Below are positions 9,285-17,977 of a DNA stretch of 32,000 nt, piece after piece (within the stretch, counting starts at the first letter, position 1; each line of letters opens with the position of its first letter). The stretch is taken from assembly GCF_001412615.1 (NCBI RefSeq), contig NZ_CP013011.1, forward strand, positions 1,110,001 to 1,142,000, given 5' to 3'. The notes under the pieces are model-generated. The model searched no databases. It was given only the letters and a program-made list of their open reading frames with translations, and was not told the DNA's origin. This stretch comes from Pyrodictium delaneyi. Lineage in GTDB: Archaea > Thermoproteota > Thermoprotei_A > Sulfolobales > Pyrodictiaceae. A program made the translations under genes and the position numbers.

Positions 9285-10853
9285 CTACATGAACTCTGAG
9301 ACTAGATCATCTACACTCCCTGCCTCATCTAGCGTACGACTGAGTGACTGCCACTCGGCTACGACATCTATATCGGCCCCTCCTAGGCGGCCCTCATACT
9401 TGTCTATGCGGACGAGGGCTGGTATGCGTATAAACGGGCCTATAACAACAGCCTCTCCCGTGTTAAGAGAGGGTAGATGGGCTACGAGGTCGTCGCTTAG
9501 ACTCTCGCTAGCGGCTTGGATGTAGCGCTGATCGCTCGGCTCTACGATGCGTAGTACTACGAGGTTGTTAGCCTGGCTAAGTATATCCGGGTCGAGGCCC
9601 TTAGGCCTCTGGCTAACAAGCATGAGGCCCACGCCGAACTTACGTCCTTCACGGGCTATCCTGGCGAGCCAATACTTGGACAGTGTGTCCTCGTCCCTCG
9701 GAGCTAGTATGTGTGCCTCCTCCACTACTATGAGAACGGGGAACGGTACCTGGCTAGAACCGGTGAGCTTGTGTCGCTTCCTCTCAGCCAGGACTATACG
9801 TAGCATATGGCTCACTACTGCATCGGCGGCATCCCGGTCAACACGGCTCAAGTCAACTATGTTGGCGTAGCCGGGACGGATCCTCGATACCGGATCCACA
9901 GCATCGTCGCGTATTATCTCGCCGTAGCGCTCCCGGAGCGACTCAATCTTGTTAACAACCGCGGTTGCAGCGGTGGACTCCTCTCTCCTCCGGTGTGCCA
10001 TGTGCTCCACTATACTGGCTAATGTATCGAGGAAGCCGCCCTTCTCCTCAGATCCAGCCTCCTTTAGCTTCGCCAGCGCCTTGCGGAGCACGCGCTCCTG
10101 ATTATAGTAGCGCTGCTCTATCCCAAGTAGAACCATGAGTTCTGCTATGCTTAAGAGGCGGGGGTTGAGCAGCGGCTCTATTACGTTGACACGGCCGCCT
10201 AGGCTTGAGCCCACGTACTCGCCGTGGAAGTCGAATATCAGGACGGTGCCCCCATGCTTAACCAGCCTATCCACTATTACTGCGACGGTGTTGCTCTTGC
10301 CGGCCCCGGTTACGGCGAGTATTGCCGTGTGCCTAGTAACCAAGCGGTTAACATTAATGTAGACGGGTATATCGGGTCGTGAGGCTAGCACGCCTAAGCG
10401 TATCCAATACGGCTCCTTGCCGCCAAAGACGTGTTTGAGTAGATTACTGGGGGCGCGGTACACTCTGGCGCCGGGTAGGGGAGGTAGACGAGGCATACGT
10501 AATGTCTCAACGTCGCCTAGAAGCCTCGCAGTACACTCGAAGAATACGTCTTCATCACCCATCTCGGCACTAAGCTTCTCGACTATAGCGGGGTCGTATA
10601 CGCCGGGCAAAGCATTCAACGTTATACTCCTCGTGCCTACATGCTCGACCATCCCGAGCACAATGCCGTCGGGATGCTCTATTACCACATAGTCGCCGAC
10701 AGGCGGCGGGTTCGAGGACACAAACCTGGCTACGACCGGCGTCGAGTTGTCAACCACGAAGCCTAATGGTTTCTCTAAACCCGACAGCTCTATGGCGCCA
10801 GCCTTGCTGCCAGTGTCCTCTATCTCGTGCATTCTAGGGCAACCCCCAGACAC
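9285..10853 (-). CDS. herA: HerA-type DNA repair helicase/translocase (FtsK-HerA superfamily)
   Basis: 522 aa with an N-terminal HAS-barrel-like region ('GDYVVIEHPDGIVLGMV'). Walker A 'AILAVTGAGKSNT' and Walker B 'PVLIVVEEAHILAP' are present. It sits directly upstream of mre11-rad50. The ATG at 10832, preceded by GGGGG, is a likely true start. Confidence 0.9.
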   Translation of the reverse strand: MSGGCPRMHEIEDTGSKAGAIELSGLEKPLGFVVDNSTPVVARFVSSNPPPVGDYVVIEHPDGIVLGMVEHVGTRSITLNALPGVYDPAIVEKLSAEMGDEDVFFECTARLLGDVETLRMPRLPPLPGARVYRAPSNLLKHVFGGKEPYWIRLGVLASRPDIPVYINVNRLVTRHTAILAVTGAGKSNTVAVIVDRLVKHGGTVLIFDFHGEYVGSSLGGRVNVIEPLLNPRLLSIAELMVLLGIEQRYYNQERVLRKALAKLKEAGSEEKGGFLDTLASIVEHMAHRRREESTAATAVVNKIESLRERYGEIIRDDAVDPVSRIRPGYANIVDLSRVDRDAADAVVSHMLRIVLAERKRHKLTGSSQVPFPVLIVVEEAHILAPRDEDTLSKYWLARIAREGRKFGVGLMLVSQRPKGLDPDILSQANNLVVLRIVEPSDQRYIQAASESLSDDLVAHLPSLNTGEAVVIGPFIRIPALVRIDKYEGRLGGADIDVVAEWQSLSRTLDEAGSVDDLVSEFM

Positions 10854-10932
10854 TATGCTGCCTCAAGTATGGTATCGAGTTACATAGAGTTAGAGCAGTA
10901 ATCGAGGCCCCTATTACTCCTGGTGCTAGGAG

Positions 10933-11514
10933 CTATATGCAGACGCCTCGGCTGTGGTGTGCACGAGAATAGACAGCGCATGGCGGCGCAACCATGATTG
11001 CAGCGTAGCCTAGGGAGCGGTGCACACGTACAACCTTAACAAGCACTAGTAAATCGGGATTGTCTAAGTCCACCGGCAGCTCTATACCATCGGCTATAAT
11101 CTCTATCGCATCCCTCTTGTGTAGCAGTCTACCAGTCTCTCTATCATAGAGCCGACCCTCAAGCCTTATTGCGAAACGCGTGCTACGATCTGCCTTAGCG
11201 CTAAGCAGCTCCTTTGCAGTGCTAGCCACATAGTCTACGTATGGAGGCACTTCAAGATCGATGGGTATAGCTCTTAGTATGGCGCTATCCTCTGTAACCT
11301 CTCTCGCTATACGTCTTACAGCGTCATAGGGGTCGCTGACCTTTAGCAGAAGCAGTGAGCGTGGCGCATCAAATACCCTGGCGCGTCCAAGTATGCTCTC
11401 TATCTCGCGTAACGCTCTCCTCATAGAGTAGTAGCCGGGCTCGTGAGCCACTATTAAGTTGAAGAGTCTATAACGTGGCACCTCTTCGGCTCCCATAGTA
11501 CTAGCTCCTCCCAC
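10933..11514 (-). CDS. Small THUMP-domain protein (putative RNA-binding)
   Basis: 193-aa ORF (GTG start; alternative ATG at 11496). 'RFAIRLEGR' followed by 'VDLDNPDLLVLVKVVR' matches the 'VdL.nPd..v.vei' pattern of THUMP domains. Call is from family memory only. Confidence 0.55.
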   Translation of the reverse strand: MGGASTMGAEEVPRYRLFNLIVAHEPGYYSMRRALREIESILGRARVFDAPRSLLLLKVSDPYDAVRRIAREVTEDSAILRAIPIDLEVPPYVDYVASTAKELLSAKADRSTRFAIRLEGRLYDRETGRLLHKRDAIEIIADGIELPVDLDNPDLLVLVKVVRVHRSLGYAAIMVAPPCAVYSRAHHSRGVCI

Positions 11515-11610
11515 GTCGCCGAGAGTATGATGCGCTGACAGCCGGTCACACGCCTAGTGGTAGGGCTATGCCCCTTTTTCTGGGGCTCGGCTCTGCATGG
11601 GGTCTATTGC

Positions 11611-12762
11611 TCACGCCTTCAATGGTCTGGCAACCACCCTTATCTTAGCTACGGTCTCTATCCATACCGCGACCACGTCTACCAAGCGCTTATCACCTCT
11701 ACACTCTACATAGGCCATGTTGCGTGTAACCCTGGCCCGCGCTTTCCTGCATCCGAGAATCTCGGCAGCCTCTGCCACCTCATCGCTGCTAGGTGGCTTC
11801 GGGGCAGAGCCGCATGGCCCCCACCTGCATGCCCAGCACGCCAGCCCATGCGACACTATGTTGGCTGAGCAGCTGCTCGGCAGAACAGCTAGACCGTAGC
11901 GCCTAGCCACCTTCGCAGCAAGGTTCTTGAGGTCGGTTTCGCGTATAACCACCTGGTCGCGGCTATTCCGGGGCTGCCTCGGCAGCCTCCTCTCCATGAG
12001 GGATACGTCTACGACTCTCGATGCCCGGAGCCTACGTAAAATGCCGGGTGTAACCCTCAAGCTGCCAGGAACCATAGTCCGTATGCCTGCATCCCTAGCC
12101 CGCCGCATTATCTCGTCAAACTCCTTGTCGGTAACCCCGGGGATTATAGGTCGCAGGAACAATGTCACATGCATGCCTTTACGAGCTAGCTTGCTGGCGA
12201 AATCGAACCTCTCATCGGGGCTAGGAGCGCCAGGCTCAAGCACAGCGGCATAGTGTATAGTCGTTATCGATAATAGTACACTTATCCTGGGGTCAGCTTT
12301 TGACATGAATCTCTCTAGGTGCTCGCCGTCCAGCATCGATTTTGTAGAGATTTGCTGAGGGTTGCCTAGATAACGCCACGTGGCTTCTAAGTACTCTAGA
12401 GCCCTCTCTACAGTAGTCTTCATGAATGGTTCGGTGACAGATCCAAATGCCAGGAGGGTCCCCGGCTTGCCTGGCACAAAGTAGGGGTTGATGAGCAGAG
12501 CATAGACTAGCTGCAGGCCGGAGAGCGGATAAGGCTTGGGTCTTTGCGGGAATCCCATCTCAGGCACGTAGCAATAGAGGCAGCCAAAGTTACAGCCAAT
12601 ACCCGTATGAATGGTCATGCCGCAGGGTATAGGCCGGCGCCGTGCATGGTGATCCCTACGCGCTTCTTGCTGCTCTCTATCGCTTAGCTTGGACTCTAAT
12701 TCGGCTGTTAGCCTCCGTTTCTCAGCTATAAGCCTCTCTACGAGGCTCGTAAGCTTCTTCAA
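11611..12762 (-). CDS. Radical SAM protein, SplB-like ('DNA repair photolyase', COG1533-type)
   Basis: 383 aa. 'HTGIGCNFGCLYCYV' carries the CX3CX2C radical-SAM cluster motif. There is an extra C-terminal Cys cluster, 'CSANIVSHGLACWACRWGPC'. The longest ORF starts with TTG. Confidence 0.75.
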   Translation of the reverse strand: MKKLTSLVERLIAEKRRLTAELESKLSDREQQEARRDHHARRRPIPCGMTIHTGIGCNFGCLYCYVPEMGFPQRPKPYPLSGLQLVYALLINPYFVPGKPGTLLAFGSVTEPFMKTTVERALEYLEATWRYLGNPQQISTKSMLDGEHLERFMSKADPRISVLLSITTIHYAAVLEPGAPSPDERFDFASKLARKGMHVTLFLRPIIPGVTDKEFDEIMRRARDAGIRTMVPGSLRVTPGILRRLRASRVVDVSLMERRLPRQPRNSRDQVVIRETDLKNLAAKVARRYGLAVLPSSCSANIVSHGLACWACRWGPCGSAPKPPSSDEVAEAAEILGCRKARARVTRNMAYVECRGDKRLVDVVAVWIETVAKIRVVARPLKA

Positions 12763-12820
12763 CCACTTACCCCTAATGAGTCACTAGAGCCAGACACACA
12801 GCTATTAGGCCCGATGGGGG

Positions 12821-14302
12821 ATGGAAGTTATTGTGTCTCAAAGCTTCAGTATGATAAAATGGTCGGGCAAGCCGACGATACGTGTACGCAACACTATGGG
12901 CCAGCGACTGGAGGAGTTTAAGCCACTAAAGCCAGGCATAGTACGCATGTACGTATGTGGTCCTACAGTTTACGACTACACACACATTGGGCACGCGAGA
13001 ACATATGTGGCCTTCGATGCCATAAAACGGTATCTTGTGCTACGCGGTTACCATGTTATACACGTGCAGAACATAACAGACATAGATGATAAGATAATCA
13101 ATAGGGCACAGCGCGAGAACAGAGACTGGCGCGAAATAGTAGACGAGTATAGCCGCGACTACTTCGACATGCTGAAGAAGCTCAACATAAAGGTGCACAT
13201 ACACCCGCGCGTAACAGAACACATAAAGGAAATAATAGATTTCATACAAGGTCTGATAGACAAGGGTTATGCCTACGTAGCTCCGAGTGGTAGCGTATAC
13301 TTCAACGTCGATGCATACCCAGAGTATGGTAGCCTAAGTGGTCGCTTCCATCCAGAAGACTGGCGGCAGGAAGAAGACGTATTACGCGAAAAGAAGAACC
13401 CCTATGACTTCGCTCTATGGAAGGCCTGGAAGCCTGGCGAGCCCTACTGGGAGGCCCCCTGGGGGCGCGGAAGGCCGGGCTGGCACATAGAGTGCAGCGT
13501 GATGTCTTCGAGATATCTTGGCGAGCAGTTCGACATTCACGGCGGAGGCCAGGACCTAATATTTCCACATCACGAGAACGAAAAGGCACAGAGCGAGGCC
13601 TACTTCAGCAAGAAGCCTTGGGTCAAATACTGGCTCCATACCGGGTATCTGACTATACGCGGCGAGAAAATGAGCAAAAGCCTAGGAAACATAATACCGT
13701 TCCGTGAAGCAGCTAAGAAATGGAACCCCAGCGTGCTACGAATGTGGCTCCTCAGCGCGCATTACCGCACTCAGCTAGATTTCAGTGAGGAATCGCTAGC
13801 ACAAGCTGAAGCGAACCTACGCAGGATACGTGGCACAGTTTCAGAGCTTGCTAGAATGCTAGAGAGAGCCACACCTGAAGGTCGAATAAGCGACGACGAG
13901 CTAAAGGCTATCGAGGATACAAGTCACGCATACCTAGAATTCCATGAAGCTATGAGTAATGATTTCAATACAGCAGCAGCTCTAGCTTCCATACTCAAAC
14001 TCACGAGACTGGTAAACAGCACCATCATACCCGGCGAATACTACACGGCAGGTATGCTAGCACTACGACTCTACGAGGAATTCAATAGCGTGTTCAGCGT
14101 CATAGACGACGTGTTATATGGCTCGGCTGCGCCTGGCGGCGAGACTGTAGAAAAACTAATAGAATTGATAGTCTCAGTGAGGCAGGAGCTGAGGAAACGC
14201 AGGATATACGATATAGCGGACAGTATAAGGTCTGAGTTGTCGCAGCTGGGTATAAGGCTCTATGATCATCCAGGCGGTAAGACGACTTGGCGTATAGAAT
14301 AA
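12821..14302 (+). CDS. cysS: Cysteinyl-tRNA synthetase
   Basis: Contains '[24 protein letters not shown]' (HIGH) and 'KMSKSLGN' (KMSKS). The N-terminus '[17 protein letters not shown]' aligns with the usual CysRS start, so the ATG at 12851 may be the real start. Confidence 0.95.
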   Translation: MEVIVSQSFSMIKWSGKPTIRVRNTMGQRLEEFKPLKPGIVRMYVCGPTVYDYTHIGHARTYVAFDAIKRYLVLRGYHVIHVQNITDIDDKIINRAQRENRDWREIVDEYSRDYFDMLKKLNIKVHIHPRVTEHIKEIIDFIQGLIDKGYAYVAPSGSVYFNVDAYPEYGSLSGRFHPEDWRQEEDVLREKKNPYDFALWKAWKPGEPYWEAPWGRGRPGWHIECSVMSSRYLGEQFDIHGGGQDLIFPHHENEKAQSEAYFSKKPWVKYWLHTGYLTIRGEKMSKSLGNIIPFREAAKKWNPSVLRMWLLSAHYRTQLDFSEESLAQAEANLRRIRGTVSELARMLERATPEGRISDDELKAIEDTSHAYLEFHEAMSNDFNTAAALASILKLTRLVNSTIIPGEYYTAGMLALRLYEEFNSVFSVIDDVLYGSAAPGGETVEKLIELIVSVRQELRKRRIYDIADSIRSELSQLGIRLYDHPGGKTTWRIE

Positions 14303-14346
14303 GCAGTTGATCCAATAGGGTAATATCGTTGGCAGCTCTTGAATTT

Positions 14347-14922
14347 TCAAACATTGTTGGAGGCTATTCCTTTTCTTATTCTCTCGAGGGCTTCGTGCAG
14401 AAGTTTATCTCTCTCGAGCGGCTCTAGGCTCTGGTCGGAAACACCTCTGACATAGATATAGAATGTTCTTTGCCATGAACGTTGAAGCTCGTATGTAACT
14501 ACGGGATTCCAGCCGGGGATAGGAAAGTCCAGCGATACTACTACTGTGCCTGGTTTCAGCTCGGCTTCGAGCTTGGGTCGGAGCTTCTGGTTAACGCTCG
14601 TAAGCAGGTACATGTATACTATATCAGCGTCTCTTAGTGGTACCTGGAAGAAATCAGCTTCAATAACCTCTACACGGTTTACGAGGTTGTGGTCTCTCAC
14701 AAGCTTGCGAGCCTTCTCAACAAGGTCTTTTCTAAGCTCAATACACTTTATGCGCGCATGTGGAAATGCCTCGGCAAGTGCTACAGCTACGCGGCCATCC
14801 CCGCAACCTATATCGTATATAATGTCTCCACTTCTGGGTTGTAGTATAGTTATGAGAGTCTTTATGACTTCTTCACGTGTAGGGACCCATGGTACAGAGG
14901 GCTGATACCCAAGCCCAATCAT
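14347..14922 (-). CDS. Small class I SAM-dependent methyltransferase
   Basis: 191 aa with motif I 'DIIYDIGCGDGRVAVALA' and a downstream acidic 'VIEADF'. Substrate is unknown. Confidence 0.75.
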   Translation of the reverse strand: MIGLGYQPSVPWVPTREEVIKTLITILQPRSGDIIYDIGCGDGRVAVALAEAFPHARIKCIELRKDLVEKARKLVRDHNLVNRVEVIEADFFQVPLRDADIVYMYLLTSVNQKLRPKLEAELKPGTVVVSLDFPIPGWNPVVTYELQRSWQRTFYIYVRGVSDQSLEPLERDKLLHEALERIRKGIASNNV

Positions 14923-15092
14923 GACTATATGCCTCCTACTGTCTCCAGCCTAGCTGGGCTCACATCGTGCGGGCTCCGAGAGGTTTAGAGACTCTGTACC
15001 TGCAATTATACCCGCTACGTCTAGTCCTCGTGTAAAAATTACCCTTATTAGCATCGCTTCAGACGTTACTATAGCACAGTCTCGGGGATACA

Positions 15093-15389
15093 ATGGATAC
15101 CCCGTCACTACACAATGGCGTCGCATCGAAACTCATACCGGCGGGTATAATCCTAGTATTCGTTGGTATATTGCTAGTGTTTGTAGGTGTATTCTACAGT
15201 ATAATGCGTAATGCTGGCAAGGGCGAGTACGGTGGAGTTGTAGTGATAGGACCGCTGCCCATAGTATTCGGTTCGAGTAGTGAAGCAGTCAAAATTGCAG
15301 TGATAGGTGCAATTGTAATTATGGTTCTGGCTTTAATTATAATGCTGTTGCCTTTGCTAGCTGGTAGGAGTATTATGCCAACTAGGTAG
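15093..15389 (+). CDS. Small membrane protein, DUF131/TIGR00304-like
   Basis: 98 aa. Hydrophobic helices flank 'GGVVVIGPLPIVFGSS', the signature I associate with archaeal DUF131 proteins. Confidence 0.6.
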   Translation: MDTPSLHNGVASKLIPAGIILVFVGILLVFVGVFYSIMRNAGKGEYGGVVVIGPLPIVFGSSSEAVKIAVIGAIVIMVLALIIMLLPLLAGRSIMPTR

Positions 15390-15498
15390 AGATTTACTCA
15401 GCATAGTACTGTATCGCACAGTTTATTACTACATTGTCTTATAAGGGGTATGTGTTTCGAGGATATTGTGGGTGCAGTTAGTCCACTAGGTGTAGGCG

Positions 15499-16062
15499 GT
15501 GGCGGGGACTAGTATAGATGTACATGTAGAGAAACTACTGATGAAGGCAGATAGACAAGTACTTAGGATATTATCGCCGCGAGCGAGATGCATTATACTA
15601 GCTCTCCGGATGATTAGAATGGAGGGTACAAATATCGAGGAGTTGTTAATGCAAATAGAGAGTTATGGATTTAAATGTAATAAACTGGAAGATGCATTAT
15701 ATATGCTCTCGTATCACGACATTATAGAATGTGACGATAATTTGTGCAGGCTTACTGACGCTGGTATAGAGTTGTCTACGGCCTTACGAGAGTTTCTTGA
15801 GAATATGAGATCTCTGGCATATAACGTGGTGGATGGTGTAGCTACTGAAGATGATATCCTTGCCAGTCTTGTTACAGCATTTGCTAGCACTGTTGGCCTA
15901 ATAGAATCGTATGCTGAGGAGCCCAGTTTAATGCCTCTATATCTATCTCTTCATATGTATATAACTGGATTGAGCACAGCTGTGCTTGCACAACTGGCTA
16001 GGGTGAGTGCCCAAGTTCTCGACACTGTGAAACGTTTCACCGAAGGATATGAAACTGAGTGA
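15499..16062 (+). CDS. Hypothetical protein with an N-terminal winged-helix-like region
   Basis: 187-aa ORF (GTG start; alternative ATG at 15541) in an A/T-rich islet. 'RQVLRILSPRARCIILAL...IEELLMQIESYG...LYMLSYHDIIECDD..CRLTDAGIEL' reads like a MarR/ArsR-type wHTH. The C-terminal half is helical and unassigned. Confidence 0.45.
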   Translation: MAGTSIDVHVEKLLMKADRQVLRILSPRARCIILALRMIRMEGTNIEELLMQIESYGFKCNKLEDALYMLSYHDIIECDDNLCRLTDAGIELSTALREFLENMRSLAYNVVDGVATEDDILASLVTAFASTVGLIESYAEEPSLMPLYLSLHMYITGLSTAVLAQLARVSAQVLDTVKRFTEGYETE

Positions 16063-16242
16063 AACAGTCCACACTATTGTCTTGCTGTGTAGGTGGAGCC
16101 GTTATTCAACTCTACAACTTGTTTATGTTTTGCTTACAGAAATGCATCTTTTCTATTATTGAAATTGTTAATTTATATGTGTAGTGTATAGAGTAATACT
16201 TATCAAGAACGAACATGAACACTTGTTAACGGGGAGTAAGTT

Positions 16243-16617
16243 ATGAGCCTAGACCTAAAGGTACTATACGAAGACGAAGAGCTAGTCTTAATGAAGGCAC
16301 CAACAGACGAAGAGTTAGTAGAACTAGTATACAAGTTCATACGTAGTAAGGGACGGCCAGTAACATGGAAAGAACTCCGTGATGCATTCAGCGGTACAGC
16401 TGGCGAGGACAGGCTACGCAAAGCGCTAAGCCGGCTACGCATGCGCGGCGATATAGTAGAGCTGCGTGGAGGAAGGTATGCTACACCTGACATGCCTGGA
16501 GTACTAGAGGAGCTTGAGGAAAGAAGGCGTAGGAGGATGCTCCGCGAAGCTCTCAGTCTCGAATGGAAGCTATATGGACCGCCAAGGCGTAAGAAGAGTG
16601 TAAGGGCAACAAATTAG
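16243..16617 (+). CDS. Hypothetical small protein, winged-helix-like with a basic tail
   Basis: 124 aa, with an ATG preceded by GGGGAG. 'LVELVYKFIRSKGRPVTWKELRDAFSGTAGEDRLRKALSRLRMRGDIVELRGGRY' resembles a wHTH. The C-terminus is Arg/Lys-rich. The antisense 96-aa ORF is a Ser/Arg low-complexity shadow. Confidence 0.5.
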   Translation: MSLDLKVLYEDEELVLMKAPTDEELVELVYKFIRSKGRPVTWKELRDAFSGTAGEDRLRKALSRLRMRGDIVELRGGRYATPDMPGVLEELEERRRRRMLREALSLEWKLYGPPRRKKSVRATN

Positions 16618-16833
16618 TATCAGCTAGATATATAGTGTGATAGAACTAAAAGCCACTGTCTCCGGTGTAGACGAGCATTTTTATGTAGAAATGTATGATT
16701 TATTTTCAAAGCCAACTTATACGGTTGTGTAGATGGACTATACTTAGAGCCAGAACTAGAAAAGCCATAGTTATCTAGCCTACAGACCTATAGATGCTAG
16801 CCAGTCTTTGTACCTCTGGGGTTGGGTGCATAG

Positions 16834-17052
16834 ATGCCAGCCCGTAGACAAAGGCAGACAAATATTTCAGAAGTAGTTTTGCTGGCAAGGCCCAAGAAGC
16901 CCATGAAATTCTATGCCGATAATAAGGGTGGTATAGTGATACTTCGTGGAGAAGATGGCGCAATAGCTGTAGTGCCTGAGGATGAAGTATGCCGATTAGC
17001 AGAAAGGTTAAATCTCATAATAGTTGGATATAATTGTAAAAAACGTGGATAA
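16834..17052 (+). CDS. Hypothetical small protein (weak call)
   Basis: 72-aa ORF with an internal ATG at 16903. No motif recognised. A competing 62-aa antisense ORF overlaps it. Confidence 0.3.
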   Translation: MPARRQRQTNISEVVLLARPKKPMKFYADNKGGIVILRGEDGAIAVVPEDEVCRLAERLNLIIVGYNCKKRG

Positions 17053-17205
17053 GGTTAAGCTGTAAGACCCTTTTCTAGCGTATAAGGAGAGAAACGTACC
17101 TGCTGTGCGTAAGAGTGAAAAACTGAGCGATGAGGGCCCCTCCCCTTGAGAGGTTCCACGCGTAAGGGGTTCGGCGTGGCTGAAGAATAGTGGGGTGTAA
17201 TAGCG

Positions 17206-17631
17206 ATGGAGGTAGTTAGGAGAGAGCTGCAGGGACACAGTGTAGCTGAAGACTTTATCGTAGGTAAGCATGTTTATGGAAATCTCTATGGTGTTGACCC
17301 GGAGAGACTCTGGGATGAAGAGAGTCTGAAGAAGATAGTAGTGGAGGCGGCAAAGGTAGCAAATATGCACCTAGTAGAGCTAAAGTCCTGGAAGTTTACC
17401 GGCTATCATGGTGGTGTTTCTATAATCGCCTTAGTACTTGAGAGTCATATAGCGATACATACGTGGCCGGATTATGGCTATGCGACGGTCGATGTTTATA
17501 CATGCGGAGCTCAAAGTGATCCTTGGAAAGCGTTCAACTACATAATAACTAGGCTGAAGCCTAAATACTACATAGTACACTATGCTGACCGTAGTAGTAT
17601 ACCTGGTGCAACGGAAAACGAGAGAAAGTAG
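17206..17631 (+). CDS. speH: Pyruvoyl-dependent S-adenosylmethionine decarboxylase proenzyme family (SpeH); could be the crenarchaeal arginine-decarboxylase paralog
   Basis: 141 aa. '[30 protein letters not shown]' contains the E|S self-cleavage site and the core of class 1b AdoMetDC. Confidence 0.85.
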   Translation: MEVVRRELQGHSVAEDFIVGKHVYGNLYGVDPERLWDEESLKKIVVEAAKVANMHLVELKSWKFTGYHGGVSIIALVLESHIAIHTWPDYGYATVDVYTCGAQSDPWKAFNYIITRLKPKYYIVHYADRSSIPGATENERK

Positions 17632-17810
17632 AAAAGTGAAGTAAAACTAATGGGGTTTACTAAGAAGAAAGTGAATATAAAAGCAATTTCAATTAAATAT
17701 ACCCCGGCAAAAATACTCGTATTGTAGCAGCACTAATTGGATTAACAATTAATTAAAATTAGTTTCTGGTTAGGTTGCTCTTAAGCTTCTATGATCTTGA
17801 TACTGGGTAC

Positions 17811-17875
17811 TCCTCAGAGACGGCCGCGGCCTCTTCATCGCTCAAGTGCTCATTGAAACACGGCTCTTCATCGGA
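17811..17875 (-). ncRNA. Candidate C/D-box sRNA (variant boxes)
   Basis: The minus strand reads ucc-GAUGAAGA-gccguguuucaa-UGAG-cacuugagc-GAUGAAGA-ggccgcggccgucu-CUGA-gga. That gives C and C' boxes AUGAAGA (one mismatch to RUGAUGA) and a 12-nt first spacer. There is also a terminal D box CUGA and a UCC/GGA closing stem. Weaknesses are a non-canonical D' box and a 14-nt second spacer. Confidence 0.3.
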
Positions 17876-17977
17876 TTATGTAAGGGTTAGATAATGGTAT
17901 TCATCAACTAGTCTATATCATGTTGCTAACATACTGCAAAGCATCTAACAGTTCGTTGTTAACAATTTAAAGGGTTG

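Noticed and set aside
16027-16040. A perfect 14-bp palindrome, GTGAAACGTTTCAC, near the end of the 187-aa ORF.
   Set aside because: About two such palindromes are expected by chance in 32 kb (4^-7 per position). It lies inside coding sequence and has no partner sites.
16203-16493. A 96-aa minus-strand ORF antisense to the 124-aa wHTH-like ORF.
   Set aside because: Its Ser/Arg/Thr low-complexity sequence is typical of an antisense shadow. The plus-strand ORF has a GGGGAG-ATG start context and a protein-like composition.
17008-17370. A 120-aa minus-strand ORF overlapping the speH start and leader.
   Set aside because: It overlaps a confidently identified SpeH gene and has no recognisable features.
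16063-17977. The A/T-rich spacers as a possible replication origin.
   Set aside because: I found no ORB or mini-ORB-like repeats (the TCCA..GGAAAC type) and no orc1/cdc6 gene nearby.
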